In this document: piece by piece, positions 51,410 to 64,000 of the stretch
How the letters are laid out: each line of letters starts with the position of its first letter
Numbering within the stretch: position 1 is the first letter of the stretch
Assembly: GCA_963693365.1 (NCBI GenBank)
Contig: CAVNZM010000001.1
Location: 504,097 to 568,096 of the forward strand
Reading direction: 5' to 3'
Source of the DNA: Amoebidium appalachense
Taxonomy: Eukaryota > Protista > Ichthyosporea
Length of the DNA: 64,000 nt
Made by a program: the position numbers and the translations under genes
Notes under the pieces: model-generated
Databases searched by the model: none
What the model saw: the letters and a program-made list of their open reading frames with translations, nothing else
What the model was told of the DNA's origin: nothing

Positions 51410-52093
51410 GGGGGAGGGAGGGAGGGAGAGAGCAGGGAGAGAAAGGGGATCGGGGGAGTGGGGGGGAGGGGGGGGGGGAGGGGAGAGGGGGGGGGGGGGG
51501 GGGAGGGGGGGGGGGGGGGGGGGGGGGGGGCTAGTGGAGATCACGGAAACACCAGCAGAGAAAACGCTGAACAGGTGATCATCAACAAACCATTAAAAAA
51601 AAAAAGCCCACACGCCCGTGCAGTTAGCGATAAATAAGTGTAGCCTTGAGAGAAAGGTAATCTGTGGTATTCGGCCCCCTTTGGTAAAGGCGCAGTACAT
51701 TTTTTCTCGTTGCGACGTGCGACCTTGGCGGCTAAACGGAAACTTTTTCGGACGGTAGGCTCCTTTCTAGAGTCCACGAGATCAAATAGGAGTAGGGTTC
51801 GAAAGATCCGGACGTGGAGGGGGGGAGGTGAGGGGAGCCTGGGGAGGCCGGGGTAGCTGCGAATACATGCGATTGATTGGCTAATGGGAGGAGGGTAAAC
51901 GATAAAAACGCTTTTGCCCAATCGCTGATACGGATTTTGAAGAGCAAATAGGTGGGTGTTTATAGCCCCGATAAGGAACGGAGAACGGATACCGGGATCG
52001 AATACTATAATTTGAACGTTTGGGGTACGAAGTTTGACTACGTTGGGGGTCTCCAAATGCGATTGGACAATTTGCGCCCATCTCGGTACCAAT

Positions 52094-52543
52094 TGTCTAG
52101 ATCGTTGCGCTGTTTGCAGCGAGCGCGGCAATGCATTTTGGGCAGCTATGGCACGTTACCACCCAGTAAAACGTAACGGGGGCCGCTCAGTAAACGTACT
52201 GAAACAAACCAAGCACACTTCTTTTCAAAAGTACTTCGCGTAGCCACGTAACGGCGTTGTTGAGTCATTTGCCCACACAATATGGGTTCCCGCAAGGTTG
52301 GTTCTGGTGGTGGAATGAGGACCTGGTAGGTCGTTCTGCTCCTGTTTACTGTCGCCCTGGGTGCACAGGCGTGTACTAATGCCCCCCCCCCCCCCCCCCC
52401 CCCCCCCTCCCCCCCTCCCCCCCCCCCTACTCCCCCCCCCCCCCCCCCCCCCTCCCCCCCACCCCACCCCTCTCTTCCTGTCCCAAACGCCCAAAGACTT
52501 TCCCCGCACACGTACCTCCTAGTTTCTCGCGACAGGAACCGTG

Positions 52544-52546
<3 letters not shown>
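52094..52546 (-). mobile_element. Possible LTR followed by a PBS-like sequence
   Basis: The minus strand reads TGTCACGG...CTAGACA, then AT-TGGTACCGAGA. No second LTR or coding region was found. Confidence 0.3.
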
Positions 52547-52605
<59 letters not shown>

Positions 52606-54010
52606 CACACACACACACACACACACATGTGCACACTGTGATACACATAGGAACACACACACGCACATGTACACACGTGTACACACATGAGCACATGCAC
52701 ACACACAGGACGTGGATCACAAACACACACACTCTTCAACATTCGTTTTCTCATAACAGTTTTGGATTGTACCTGCGCGAGGGGCATGAGCCACCGGCCC
52801 CATCTAGCAGACGGGAGCCCCGCATTCGCCTGCCAGTATCTTATACTTTTGGTGTGTGTTTGGGCTGAGAGAGATATAACTTGATGAGTACTTGTTCAGG
52901 CGGCCGAGATCTCCCCAAATAAGTTTAGGGGGGAACCACGTCTATCCCGGCATAGGCCCGCAGTCGCAACCGTCATATGGGGCGTGACGGTTGCCACGTG
53001 GCACTTGCCAGGCCCGGACCCAGTGACGTTTGGGGAACGGTTATCCTAAAAGGCAATCACTTAAATTATATTGGTAGGGTTCGAATCAGCTTACGCAGAC
53101 CTCCCTCATCTGTGACTGTGGGGGAAAAAAATCTGATCTCCACATATCAAGTTGTATGTCTGGTACGTATACGTTGTCTCCACATTGACGTAAGGAATAA
53201 CGTTGATTTTTACATGTAAGGCATTTTTGTATTTTCTTCTCTGAGATACTAGAGTCTGTGATATTTCGCATGCTTTTCTTGATGAGCTTATCAATAAAGT
53301 CATTATAAAAATAATAAAAATAAAAAATTTACATGTTCATGATCTTGTTGTGTGGAATACTGATGGCCAACTCATCATAAACCTCCCCTATGATACAACA
53401 GCACAGTCCCCCCAAACCGCCATGTTGAGCTACCCACAATCCATAATCCGTCTTTTGACTAACATAAGCCCTGGAAAGCAAACTCGGGGCGCCTTAGTCT
53501 TTATGGGGGGCTGCCGGAACAATTGTCAGATCAAATTTTCCTAGAAAAACTTCACTTTCACTATGAAGAAATTCATTGATCGTCTTTCCTTGTTACACAC
53601 TGAAGTGTATTATGACACCTCATAGCGTTAGACCGTTTGTGTATTTCCACCCCTGAGTCACTGTGACAACGATGATTGGTTTCCTAAAAGTGAACCATGC
53701 AGGGATTGCCGGGGTTGGGCGATGTAACCGTATTTTGGCAAATGTCCGGATTTTGCATCCCTGGAAAGCCATACTTACTTGCAGAATTCTACTTGTTACT
53801 CATATTGCGGGATTTTCTAACTCGTAATAACGACATTTTTGAGTCGTAGTGCAATCCCTGGAACCACGGGTACCAGGAAGCGAGGCTCGTGCATGCTTCA
53901 AGTGCCACGGCACATGCATTCACTCTCGTTGGACCTTTGGTAGTTTTTGTCCATTAAGGAAAACAAAGAAGCGCTGTAATGAAAAGAGTTTCAACGGCCT
54001 GTATGCCGAC

Positions 54011-55615
54011 ATGCTTCAGCAAAAAAAACGGCACCTGATCCCCAGGTGCGGACGCACCAGGAGGCTTCCTTTTCTGTTGGGGGTGCTGGCGACTGCGCTC
54101 TTTACGTTGGGTAAGTTTGAGGAATAATAGTACGTTGATTCGGCCTTTTGTTGGTGCAGGACCAGGTGTAGGGAAGCTGCACCAATATAACACCATGGTG
54201 CACGATTTGTGCTGCAGACACTTGGGCCGACGGTAAACACGTACACATGTATTTCCGAAGCTTATTTGCAGACCAGGTGCATGTGCAGACTATGATGCCA
54301 ATCGGGAGTACCAGGCACGTGTTTCATGGCACACACTCACGCACGTGTTCCTGGGCAAACACCCGAAACACTACTCTCCGCAGTCAATACTTACCAATAT
54401 TACTGGATGAGCTGTGCATCTTTGAGACAACAGTGGCGTCCGTAATCACAGTCACTGCAGGTCAATTTAACTGTGTGCTTTGTTGTTATACTTACAGAAT
54501 TGCAAGAGGCAACGATAACACGGTTTTCCGCAATCCAATAAGCTGCGTGTTTGCAAGTGCCCTTTCTCCATATCTTTTTTTCATATCCGCACACACAAAC
54601 ATCAGGTTCCAAACACTTTTAGATGCTTGTAGTCGGTGACACGGATTCGATGGGTGGACGAACCGAAAGAAGCAGTATCAGCACAATCTTTTCAAACTGT
54701 ATACCACTGAGAAAGTATGAACAGAACACTGCGGGAGAAAGATTCGGAGTTGCAGCACGTTCAACCACTTCTTCACAAGGGCCTCGAACACGACTGAATC
54801 TATGTTCTGGGAACTCATGCTCGTAGAGTTAACACGTGTTTACATGGTTAGGTATGCAGCTTAGGAGTGGTTGAGCGTCGTCGACGGTATTTTGTTCGAG
54901 ACCTCATGTATGTTCACGCAGGGTGGGAAGAGAAATAGAGTGGATACAAGACATAGGCGTAGGAGGTATGGTTATCAACGAAGTTAAATTTCATATTCGC
55001 CAGTTGCATGGTCCTGTCGCAAATACGCCTAGGACTGGTAAACATAAGGTCGGTTTGGTGCATCCTGCACGTAGCAAGGTAGAGATCCTTTTCTTTGCCT
55101 AACACCCAACAACGGTATGAATGGACAGCATGCCGACCCATGTGGTCAGGGCTCACGTTGTTGTCTTCCACTTCAAGATTGATGCGCGACCTCACAAATG
55201 GTGGGTTGCACCAGTCATTCCTGCCGGGAACCCAACAGGAGTATGCAGAGAGTACTAGGAATGAAACGGAACAGCTCCCAACCATCTACTTCATCACCCC
55301 TACGTACAAACGCCACTCACAGGTTGGTAAAAGGGTTCATGTTATGGTAGTGCTCCAAAAATAAATCATCGTAGCATATGGGCAACTGCCCGAAAGTGCA
55401 TACAATAACTCATCATGATTAATACACTTGCGGGCACTTTAGTTGGTGCTATGACCGCGTATTTTGGAGCGTTTCCATAACATACCACACCACACCTGCC
55501 TGTGTTTGCACTGGTTTTCCTTTCTGCGTGCTTGTTGAAGTAACGGCAGTGCATTAGAACGGCCACTTCTACCACACGCGGTAACACACTTTTACATGCT
55601 TGCATTTCACAACTG

Positions 55616-55646
<31 letters not shown>

Positions 55647-57004
55647 CGATATTATGCATATGCAATTCTGGAACACAGCACCCACGTGTCAAGAATTGCT
55701 TTCTTCTTATGTCAACGATATCCATGTTACTAAGTGACATGCGTACCATAAGGTTTTGGTTCTCCACATGTACGCAATGCTCTTAGGAAGATCGGTTGCA
55801 AGTCACCTGGTTCTCTGCACCAACTAAGTCATCTATTTGCTCACTACAGAAAGCCGACCTTACCAGGCTCTCACACACTCTAGCCCACGTGGCGCGGCTG
55901 CACTGGATTGTGATAGAAGACGCCAAATCCTGCTCGAGTGACGTGACAGCCATCCTGGAGCGCAGGCAGGTGCTTCTGTTAAATATGTGACGTTTACTCT
56001 CCAGGCCTGTTGTCTGTCCTGTAATCATAAATCGTCGGCAAGATCGAACCAACCACGTTGCATGCGATCCTTACAAGTAGTGCTAGAAACACAAAACTAT
56101 GGAAAAAAGACTGCACACCGACTTTCCTCACAACCTTGCGTTTACGAAGGCACCAAGAACACAACAATTTGTTTTCTGAATAAAACACTTATCATAATCG
56201 GCTTATCAATAAGAAGTTTGGGAACTTTCGTTTCTTTTGGGCTGGACTTTCTGCATACGGGGGACAAGTGATCTGCTGCTTGACATTAGCGACTCCAGAT
56301 GATGCATGTTTTCTGCTCCAGCTTATTTGGAATTTCGACTAATGAAATCTGAAGATTCAGGACCAACAGGCGTTGGCTGTGCATGCTGTTTGATTCTTGC
56401 TTGGTCACCTGAAGTGCTTTTTTTTTCGTAAATCAACGGGTATATGCAGATAATGCACTGGATGGTAGCATGTTGCCACAGCTGGCTCGGGATACTCGAG
56501 TTTTGGTTTGCTCTGCATGCGCGGCTGAAATGTACTCTGCAAAGTCAATTGCAAGTTTGCGCTGGCTGCTCGTGGAGATGTGCCTTATACCTAGCTGTTG
56601 AATTTGCTCTTTGCTCATTGTTGGTTGGTTACGGAAGTACGAGTGGTGTTCAGTAATTTATTTGGAACCAAACAAAGAACATAGGTCCTCTCAGCCATTT
56701 GGGGCAGCCTCTAAGCACCTCAATCGCATGTTTCAAAATGATGCCTTTGAACCTATTTCTCTCTTCAAAGTCCTTGGGATCATGTTCTGTCTGGCATGGG
56801 TTATTGAACCGGTTACTGCTGCTGAGCTTCGAATATTTTCCTGCAGCGGTGTGTATCGATGGAGCCAGATCCACGCCAGATCACTCCCAAAATCTCAGAA
56901 TTGGAATGGCCACAGGTGGGAGCTTTTTTTTCATGGCTCTGTTTCCGTAGCTCGTTTGGTACAAGAAGTCAGTTCGGGAGAAGAGAGATGCCACCAGGCG
57001 CGGG

Positions 57005-57039
<35 letters not shown>

Positions 57040-57321
57040 TCGGGAGAAGAGAGATGGCACCGGGCGCCGAGGGGAGGAGAGGGGGGGGGGGGGGGGGGCT
57101 TGGCGGAGAAAGGGGGGGGGGGGGGGGGCGGGGGCGGCGCATCGGGAGGTAAGGGGGGTTTGGAATAAAAGTGGGGCTCGGATAGATAAGCTGATGGTGA
57201 GGAACGTGTGCTCAGGTATTAAAGCATGAAACGAAAGGATGGAAGTTAAGGCTATACCTGTGGCCTTTAGGAGTCAGGGGTAGGAAGGGGTGGGGGTGGG
57301 GGGGTGGGGGGAGGTATTAAT

Positions 57322-57357
<36 letters not shown>

Positions 57358-60300
57358 CTTTTGTCAGGAAAGAAAAGAAGTTAAAGGACCATGGGTTGTG
57401 GTAAGAGATAACACGGATGTAAAGCTAAAGAAGGATGCCGTGTTGAAACCCAGATGTTGTATGTTTGTATCGGGCAATCATCTGTATTCTTCAGGCTGCC
57501 CAGCTTCAGCACAACTAATTTGATCTCCAGGGGGGTGAATCAGCGGAATGCTGGCATGAAGAAAGCAATGGAATTGTCGCTTTTGAATGACAACGGAAAC
57601 GGGATCATTTACTTTGGTGACGACGATAATGCTTACGACCTGCAGCTGTTTGATGCTATTCGATCTGTCCGAAAAGGTACAATCGATCCTTTCCTCGTGA
57701 TTCCATCTCACTCAGAAACGGGGTTCTCTAATTATGATGCTTACTCTGTTTGTGTGATACTGAAAATGATTTTCAAAGCCTGCATTGTGTTCTCCGCCGC
57801 GAATGTGTACTTCATAAGCACTTTTACCCCCCCTTCCCCCCTCCCCTCACCCCTGGCCCCCCTTCCCCCCCCCCCCCCCCCCCCCCTTTTTTTTCCAAAA
57901 ACAAGCACACATACACATACACAGGCATAGCATTACAAGTATTATGACTACATTACGTACATGCTGAATAACTCTCCGTCCATCTAACCATTGTGCATTT
58001 TGGCACACACCCACATACACAAAGAAATGTGCACCACTCGAGGGGGAGCTGCCCTTATCTCCCCCCTTCCCCCCCTCCCCCCTCCCCCGGCCCCCGGCCC
58101 CCCTCCCCCCCCATCCCCCCCTTTTTCTTCAGAGAACGAACTCGGCTTAGAAAGCATACTCTTCGCGTATGCTTTGTCAAATGTACACTTTGTCGTCTGT
58201 CATGAATGTGTTCATCGTACTCTGTAGCACAGCCTAGGCCTATGCCTCCTTGACACCACTCTTTCATCCCCTCTCCACCGTGTTGTTTTATATTTCTTGC
58301 CTTTCTCTATCCCCCTCCCTCTTATTTCTCTCTGTCTTTTTCTATCCGTTCGCATTCCACCATCAGAAGCCAAAATCTCGTGCGTGGCCGCGCAACAACA
58401 AAAAAAAAAACACTTCGTTCTGCTTTAAGACACATGCATTTGCATGCCCTCACTTTTGTGGCTTGCAGGTACAGATTCGTGTAAGTATTCCCACGCCCTA
58501 CTCATACACTTTCTCGCCTACTCGTGCACATACATATCCATAACCACATGCATTACCACCCACGTGCCCTTAGATTCTCAGTGTAAGCGTGGCAAGCACA
58601 TCCAGATTGTAAAGCCTAAACGGCCGGGCTAATTCCCGTTAAACGCATATGCTCAATTTTCAATAACGAAAGCGATGGTGAAGAGAGAAATGTTGATATT
58701 TTTGGTCTTTTACTCCCTTGTGTACAAAGCAATGCTTGGCCGTATCCGTTCTTTTTATGTGTGCAAGCGTGATATGGTCTAATGGTCTATGTGGTGATGG
58801 TGCTAACTTGATGATGGGTCAGTGGGAACCTGGGCCATCGGCTTTACCGGTGGGCGGTTGTATGAACGCTGCGTAGTAGATCCAACCACAGGCTACATTA
58901 AGGGCTTCGTCACCAACTGGCACGGTGGGGTAGGTGTCTGTGTTGCCTTCTGCTTTAAAATTGTGAGTGTGGTGTGAGGTGTAGGACGCCTGTCCGTGAC
59001 TGCATGGACATGCCATGGAAAACGTTTGTGGACCGGTTTTGTCACGATGCATATCGGTGACCCTTAAGTTCCCACTTTGGCTTCTTTGGCTAGGTGCACC
59101 TGATAGTCATACCATCCAAGGGCATGTTTGCCTTCGGGCTAGTTGCCGTGACTTCCGACATCAAATGGCTGCGCCTATTCCCCCCCCCCTCCCCCCCCCC
59201 CCCCCCACCCACACCGCCGCCGGGTGAGCTTAAGCCAACCTTGGCCAAGCTGGCCTACTACTTTTTTTGCGTGCTTGGAAGGATTATCGATAAATGATTA
59301 TTGTAGACCTTTTCTTGGCATCGTCTTATTGTCAAACAATGGATTAGGTTCCTGGGTGCATCGAATTTGTCTTTCTTATACCTTCTGGCACGCAGAGAAA
59401 GTTCCCTGTGGACATGGGGGCGTTTGCCATCAACATGCAGATGCTGCACAGGCAAAGGGCACTAGGAAAGGACATTTTCATGATCCACAAAGTGCGGGTA
59501 AGAATCTTAAGCCTTTTGCGCTCTTCACTGAGATTGCACAGAATGCCCGCTGATATACCCTTGATCACCGATGTTTCGAGAAGTTAAGTTGGAAGTTCTA
59601 AGGTCTGTTAATCCAAGGCTACATATATCGACCGTTAATAGTGATTGCCACCAATACTGTATGATAGCGGCCCAATGCAGCACATTCAGCAACACAGGCA
59701 GCTACAATATTTTGGTTTTTTTTTAATTGGGGGACTGACCTATACTGAGTGTGCTGGACCAACCCCCCTCCCCCCCCCCATCCCCCCCCCCCCCCCCCCC
59801 CCCCCCCCCACCCGGCGAATCACGGGCAAGAATATGACAGTGTCAATGCATGTGCATGTGTGTGTGCTTGATAAGCCTTTGTGCCCTCCCCTTTCTTCAG
59901 CTAGCTGCACTATTCTAAAGATAGTGCAGGGCTAGTGCATTAAATCGAATGGCTGTTATTAGTTTCATGCCCTTGAGTGTGGATGCCACAATGCACAACC
60001 TTTCTCAGGCCATCGCAATCCTTTTGCCTGACCATAATGGATGTGGGGCATATGTGAAGTGAGACAAGGATCGCTTGGAATGTGATTCCTGATTGGTTAA
60101 TTTTGATCCCATGAGTGATGTATTTCTATTGGTAGGTAGCCTCCAAGGCTTTGTACCCGCTACCTGACGTCGGGCCGGTCCGGGCCGGATCGGGCCGGGC
60201 CGGATCGGGCCGGGCCGGGCCTTACTACTTAGCGGGACGTCTGAGACGCCGGATCCATGAAGCTGTATTTACAAATCAAATCGCTTGATCTGTACTCGTC

Positions 60301-61497
60301 AATCAGAAAGCTCCATGATTTTGAAGATGGTGATGCAAACATGATGATTGGTGCTTTAAAAACCGTTGGCAGAAAGATCATGTCTTTTCATGTCTTTTGT
60401 TTACTAGTATAGGCTAGTTTGCACAATTTGAACCAACCGCCAATTAAATTCCCTTAATATTAAAGTTAAAAAAAATTAGCTATTGACTCGTGTCGAAATT
60501 GCGACACATGCCCGCATATAGTTTTTGAAAAAAATGTGAAGCAGCACAACGGCCTATGCGGCATCAAAAGCACAGAAGCATCCATGTGTTTGGCATACTG
60601 GCCGATTTTTTTTTCCCCTGCTGCCCTTAGTGTCTTATATAGAGACTTCGTTCTCATCCATGCATTGCTTCGTCCTCACGAATATCCCTTGCAGAATGGA
60701 TATTTGGAGACCAAGTTTCTCGAGCTTTTTGTAAGAGATTATCGTCACCTGGAGGTAATCTTCCACCCAAGATATGTATACCGTCGTATTTGTTCTTTGC
60801 TTTCCTTATCAAATTCGTGGGCATTTCAGGTGACAGTAACGATAACTTACAGCTCACTGGTCTGAAATTGGTTTGGCCGGTAACACGTCGGGTGTGGTTC
60901 GGAAGTTCTGCACACCTATAGCTGCACATAGAGCTTCACATATTTATCGTTAAGCAATTTTTTCTTAGTGGCTGAAATATTTGAGCTAAAATTTATCCTC
61001 CTCCCCCCCTCCCCCCAAACTGCACACAGAAACACACACATACACACACACTCCCCCCCCCCCCCCCCCCCCCCCCCTGCCCCCCCGCCTCTGTCTCTCT
61101 TCATCTTTCCCTCTATCCCTGTCTCTCTCTTCCCATCTCCCACTTTGTCTACTCAGTCTCACTCCCTCTCTTCTTCTCTCTCTCGCTCACCCCCTCACCC
61201 CCTCTCCCTCTCCCTCCCCCCCCCCCCCCCCCCCCCTTCTCTCTCTCGCTCTCTCTCTCTTTCTATCTGTCTCACGGTTTCTCTGTCTCTGTGTCTCATA
61301 GTCTCACGGTTGCACGGTCTCTGTATCCCTCTCACCGACCGCATTACTAAGGTGACCTCTTCCACCCGACCTTGCTCTCCCTCCTCCTGCAGCCAAAAGG
61401 AAACTGCACAAAAGTATGGGTGTGGCACACGAAGACAATGCTTCAGATCGAGGGAAAGCCACCAGAAGGCGAACCGGACGAGCCACTGGACCCGTAG
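54011..61497 (+). CDS. GT43 galactosylgalactosylxylosylprotein 3-beta-glucuronosyltransferase-like (B3GAT/GlcAT family), 332 aa; join(54011..54110,55129..55322,55850..55965,56847..56915,57531..57676,58823..58929,59396..59497,60695..60754,61393..61497)
   Basis: Motifs LPTIYFITPTY, QKADLTRLSHTL, LHWIVIED, RGVNQRN, IIYFGDDDNAYDLQLF, RKFPVDMGAFAIN, GYLET and NCTKVWVWHTKT. Exon lengths sum to 999 nt with consistent phases; intron 3 has a GC donor. Confidence 0.9.
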
Positions 61498-61944
61498 GTG
61501 GATGTTTTCGAAACGACAACCGGGCAACGACAACCGGGAACCATGAGTACATAGGGACATGCTAGATAAATATAAAAAAAAAATTACAGTACGACATAAA
61601 AAAGACATGCAACGTGATAAACCTGAAGGTCTGCGAATAATAAGCCTTTATCTAACCAACTAATTTCGTAATACATGGACCTGGTATCCGAGAGTCTTCG
61701 TTGAGCACTTAACTACTGGCTTAATGAAAGGTGATAATGAAAGGTGATAATGAAAGGTGATAATGATAGGCCCTGATGATCAATATGAAGAGATTATCCT
61801 CGTTATTCATGAATATAATAATGCATCTGGAAGAAAGTATATCCGTTCGGGAATAAAGGATAGGCATTGGCTCAAAGGCGGAAAGCCCTCGTGCGAACCA
61901 CATCCACGCACAGCATATGATTCATGTTTTTTTCTCAAGGCCTA

Positions 61945-62110
61945 ACCGTAGACGGGGCCCAGACTGAAGTTAAAAAATGTATTGGTTGGTATAGATTCAC
62001 CCATCTTTCTGCCACAGGAGTCACCAACCCCTCTAATCGGCTTAAGCTTTTCAAGGCATTGGTTTGTCCATGGTGTGAATATGGTCTGCCCCTTTTAGGG
62101 ATTCTTGATT
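61945..62110 (+). pseudogene. Small LINE RT C-terminal fragment related to the 1643-3394 element
   Basis: NPSNRLKLFKALVCPWCEYGLPLL aligns with HPSIRLTFIRTFVFPACEYGLPLL. Confidence 0.65.
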
Positions 62111-62210
62111 TGATACGGGGAGGGGGGTAGTTATTTTTTTTTTTTTTTTTTTTTTTTTGGGGGGGGGGGGGGGGGACTTACCCACCCTCTTAGACAAGGG
62201 GGTCCCCCCT

Positions 62211-62241
<31 letters not shown>

Positions 62242-62273
62242 TGACCTGTAGGGGGGGGGGGGGGGGGGGGGGG

Positions 62274-63057
62274 TGACCTGTCATCTTCCCATGATTAACG
62301 GCAAGATTTAGAAGTTGAGTTTCACACATGTTTTATTAGTTTGTTGTTGTTTGTTTCCTTTTCCCTTTTCCTTTCTTCCTTTCTTTCTTTCCTTTCCGTT
62401 CCCGTGTGCACAGATACCTTTGATCTGTGTACACATCGAGCTATTTAGCCCGTGCACACGTATTGTTGTTTGCGTCAATGTCTAAATAGGTTGTCCAATC
62501 AGATCTCGTTATATTTTCCCAAATATAGTAACCTACATTCTTCATTAATTCCGAATTCGATTCCTTTCCCATTCCATTCCTTTCTATCCTCATTCCTTTT
62601 CTTTCTTTTCCCACGACGTAGCATTGCTCTATGTTCCCCAAGACGTGTTATGTTAAGAACATGTATAAATATATGATGTGAACTAATAGATACATAAGTG
62701 GTTTCATTTTGTTAAATGTTTCCGTACTTTCATTAGAAGATTACTTTCATTAGAAGATTGCGTTTTATCTTCTATGTGTCGACAAGCATTTCGATCGATT
62801 TATTTTACCCTCATAGTTTTCGTCTTTCTGATTGAATTAAAGAGTTTTCGTTCTTTTGATTGGCTTATCGATTTCACATTCCCGAGTATAAAAGGAATGT
62901 CATCTTGAAATAAATAACAAGCAGTTGAAATCATTTCCTATGGTCCCAGAAATCGTTCCACCCCTCCGGTTGTGTTTCTCCCGTGTGTCTCTGTGTTGTG
63001 TATAACATAACACCCATCTGTGCTCTCTGCTTCTCCGTTTACCCACACAAAATAACA
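62274..63057 (+). mobile_element. 5' LTR of a Copia-type element (family C), preceded by poly-G
   Basis: TG...AATAACA termini; ccatg..gcaag spacing matches the family A start; shares the gtgtgcacagat hairpin; followed directly by a PBS and gag. Confidence 0.7.
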
Positions 63058-63080
63058 GGTTTACGGCCCCTTTGCACGCT
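63058..63080 (+). promoter_or_regulatory. Primer-binding site of the half-tRNA (iMet anticodon-arm) type
   Basis: GGTTTACGGCCCCTTTGCACGCT versus the copia-type GGTTATGGGCCCAGCACGCT, directly abutting the LTR end. Confidence 0.55.
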
Positions 63081-63133
63081 AACACACAATCTCGTTACAA
63101 CCGTGAAATTCCTCCGTACATACTGCTTCAACC

Positions 63134-63925
63134 ATGACTGACAAACCGTCGTACATCAACCTTCCACAATGGAATCCGTCCGAGAAGAAGGATGATAAGC
63201 GTCTCAACTATTTCGAATGGGAGCCACTCATCCACCGTTTCATAAGAACCACCATTGCCGAGAAATTCGTTGACGCCATCAAGGCACCACAGTGGGTTGA
63301 CGGCTCCGACGACAACCAGTGGCTAGGCTACGGCACCAAGGACGCCTACAAGAAAGCTTCCGACGTCCTCGACCAAATTCTCAACCAGTCCGTTCATCCT
63401 ACAGAGCTCTACGACTCCGGCCGCATGCAAGACGGTGTTCACGGTGGAGAAGTCTTCCATAACCTGCGTATGGCTTATGTGGCAGAGAAGGAGGCTCGCG
63501 TCACTCAGATTCAAGTCACCTACGAGGAGCTTGAACTACGAGACTTCCCCAACGTCACAGCGTACCTCACCCGCCTCCAACGTCTGGCTACGACCCTTGC
63601 CTGCCTCGACGAGCCCGTCCAACACAAGGATGTCGTGCGCAAGTTCTTCCTTCACCTACGCAAGAACACCGCCCTAGTCTGCACTGACATTGAACGTCTC
63701 TGCTCCGACTACTGGATGAACAACAAGAATTACCCGTCCTTCAACCAGCTCATCAGCGACATCCGCGGAGCTGAGATACGTGCCGGCCTCATCGACGCAG
63801 GCACTGGTGCAACCGTCAACAACCGTCCTCTTCGAGCACTTCAGAGCAGAATGCTCCCGCCCGGTGACCTCCGTAACCGTATCCCTCGCCGTGATAGTAC
63901 ACCTCACAGCTCCCCGTCCCGTCCC
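63134..63925 (+). CDS. Copia-type gag (UBN2/Retrotran_gag_2-like), interrupted at 63926; not in the ORF track
   Basis: Manual translation MTDKPSYINLPQWN...NYFEWE...GGEVFHNLRMAY...NVTAYLTRLQRLATTLACLDEPVQHKDVVRKFF, open without stops. Confidence 0.75.
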
Positions 63926-64000
63926 TGTTGGAATACGTCACCATGTATGACAGCAAGAGCCTTGAAGTATGTATGTGTCCTAGCTTGTTTGTATTCGTGT
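63926..64000 (+). mobile_element. Start of a family A LTR nested in gag
   Basis: TGTTGGAATACGTCAC...cagcaagagccttgaagtatgtatgtgtcctagcttg matches 21461-21532. Confidence 0.75.

Noticed and set aside
60171-61766. GGCCG/GGATC short tandem at 60171-60222 and 13-bp tgaaaggtgataa x3 at 61725-61763
   Set aside because: Simple tandem repeats without spacers; not CRISPR-like and no further structure.

Overview
Repeat-rich eukaryotic genomic DNA with spliceosomal introns and dense (C)n/(G)n, (CA)n and (GA)n tracts. Most ORFs in the supplied track are simple-repeat artefacts. The host genes I can support are all glycosylation-related: a 2-exon LicD-family phosphotransferase, two divergently oriented intronless DXD-type (GT32/Caps_synth-like) glycosyltransferase paralogs, and a 9-exon GT43 beta-1,3-glucuronyltransferase. 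The rest is mobile DNA: LINE RT fragments, Copia-type LTRs sitting in poly-G tracts (one carries a tRNA-like gene), gag ORFs at both window edges, a Penelope-like RT remnant with tandem pLTR-like units, a short element with 9-bp TSDs, an LSU rRNA fragment and a decayed hammerhead. Three candidates stand out. (1) A ~1540-codon, 6-exon DDE (DxxH-type) transposase-like gene with an apparently intact WRN/DnaQ 3'-5' exonuclease inserted inside the catalytic core. (2) A covarying RNA pseudoknot in the Penelope-like repeats, where a hammerhead would be expected but none is present. (3) An LTR-borne tRNA-like gene together with an anticodon-altered half-tRNA PBS. All calls were made by eye without database searches.
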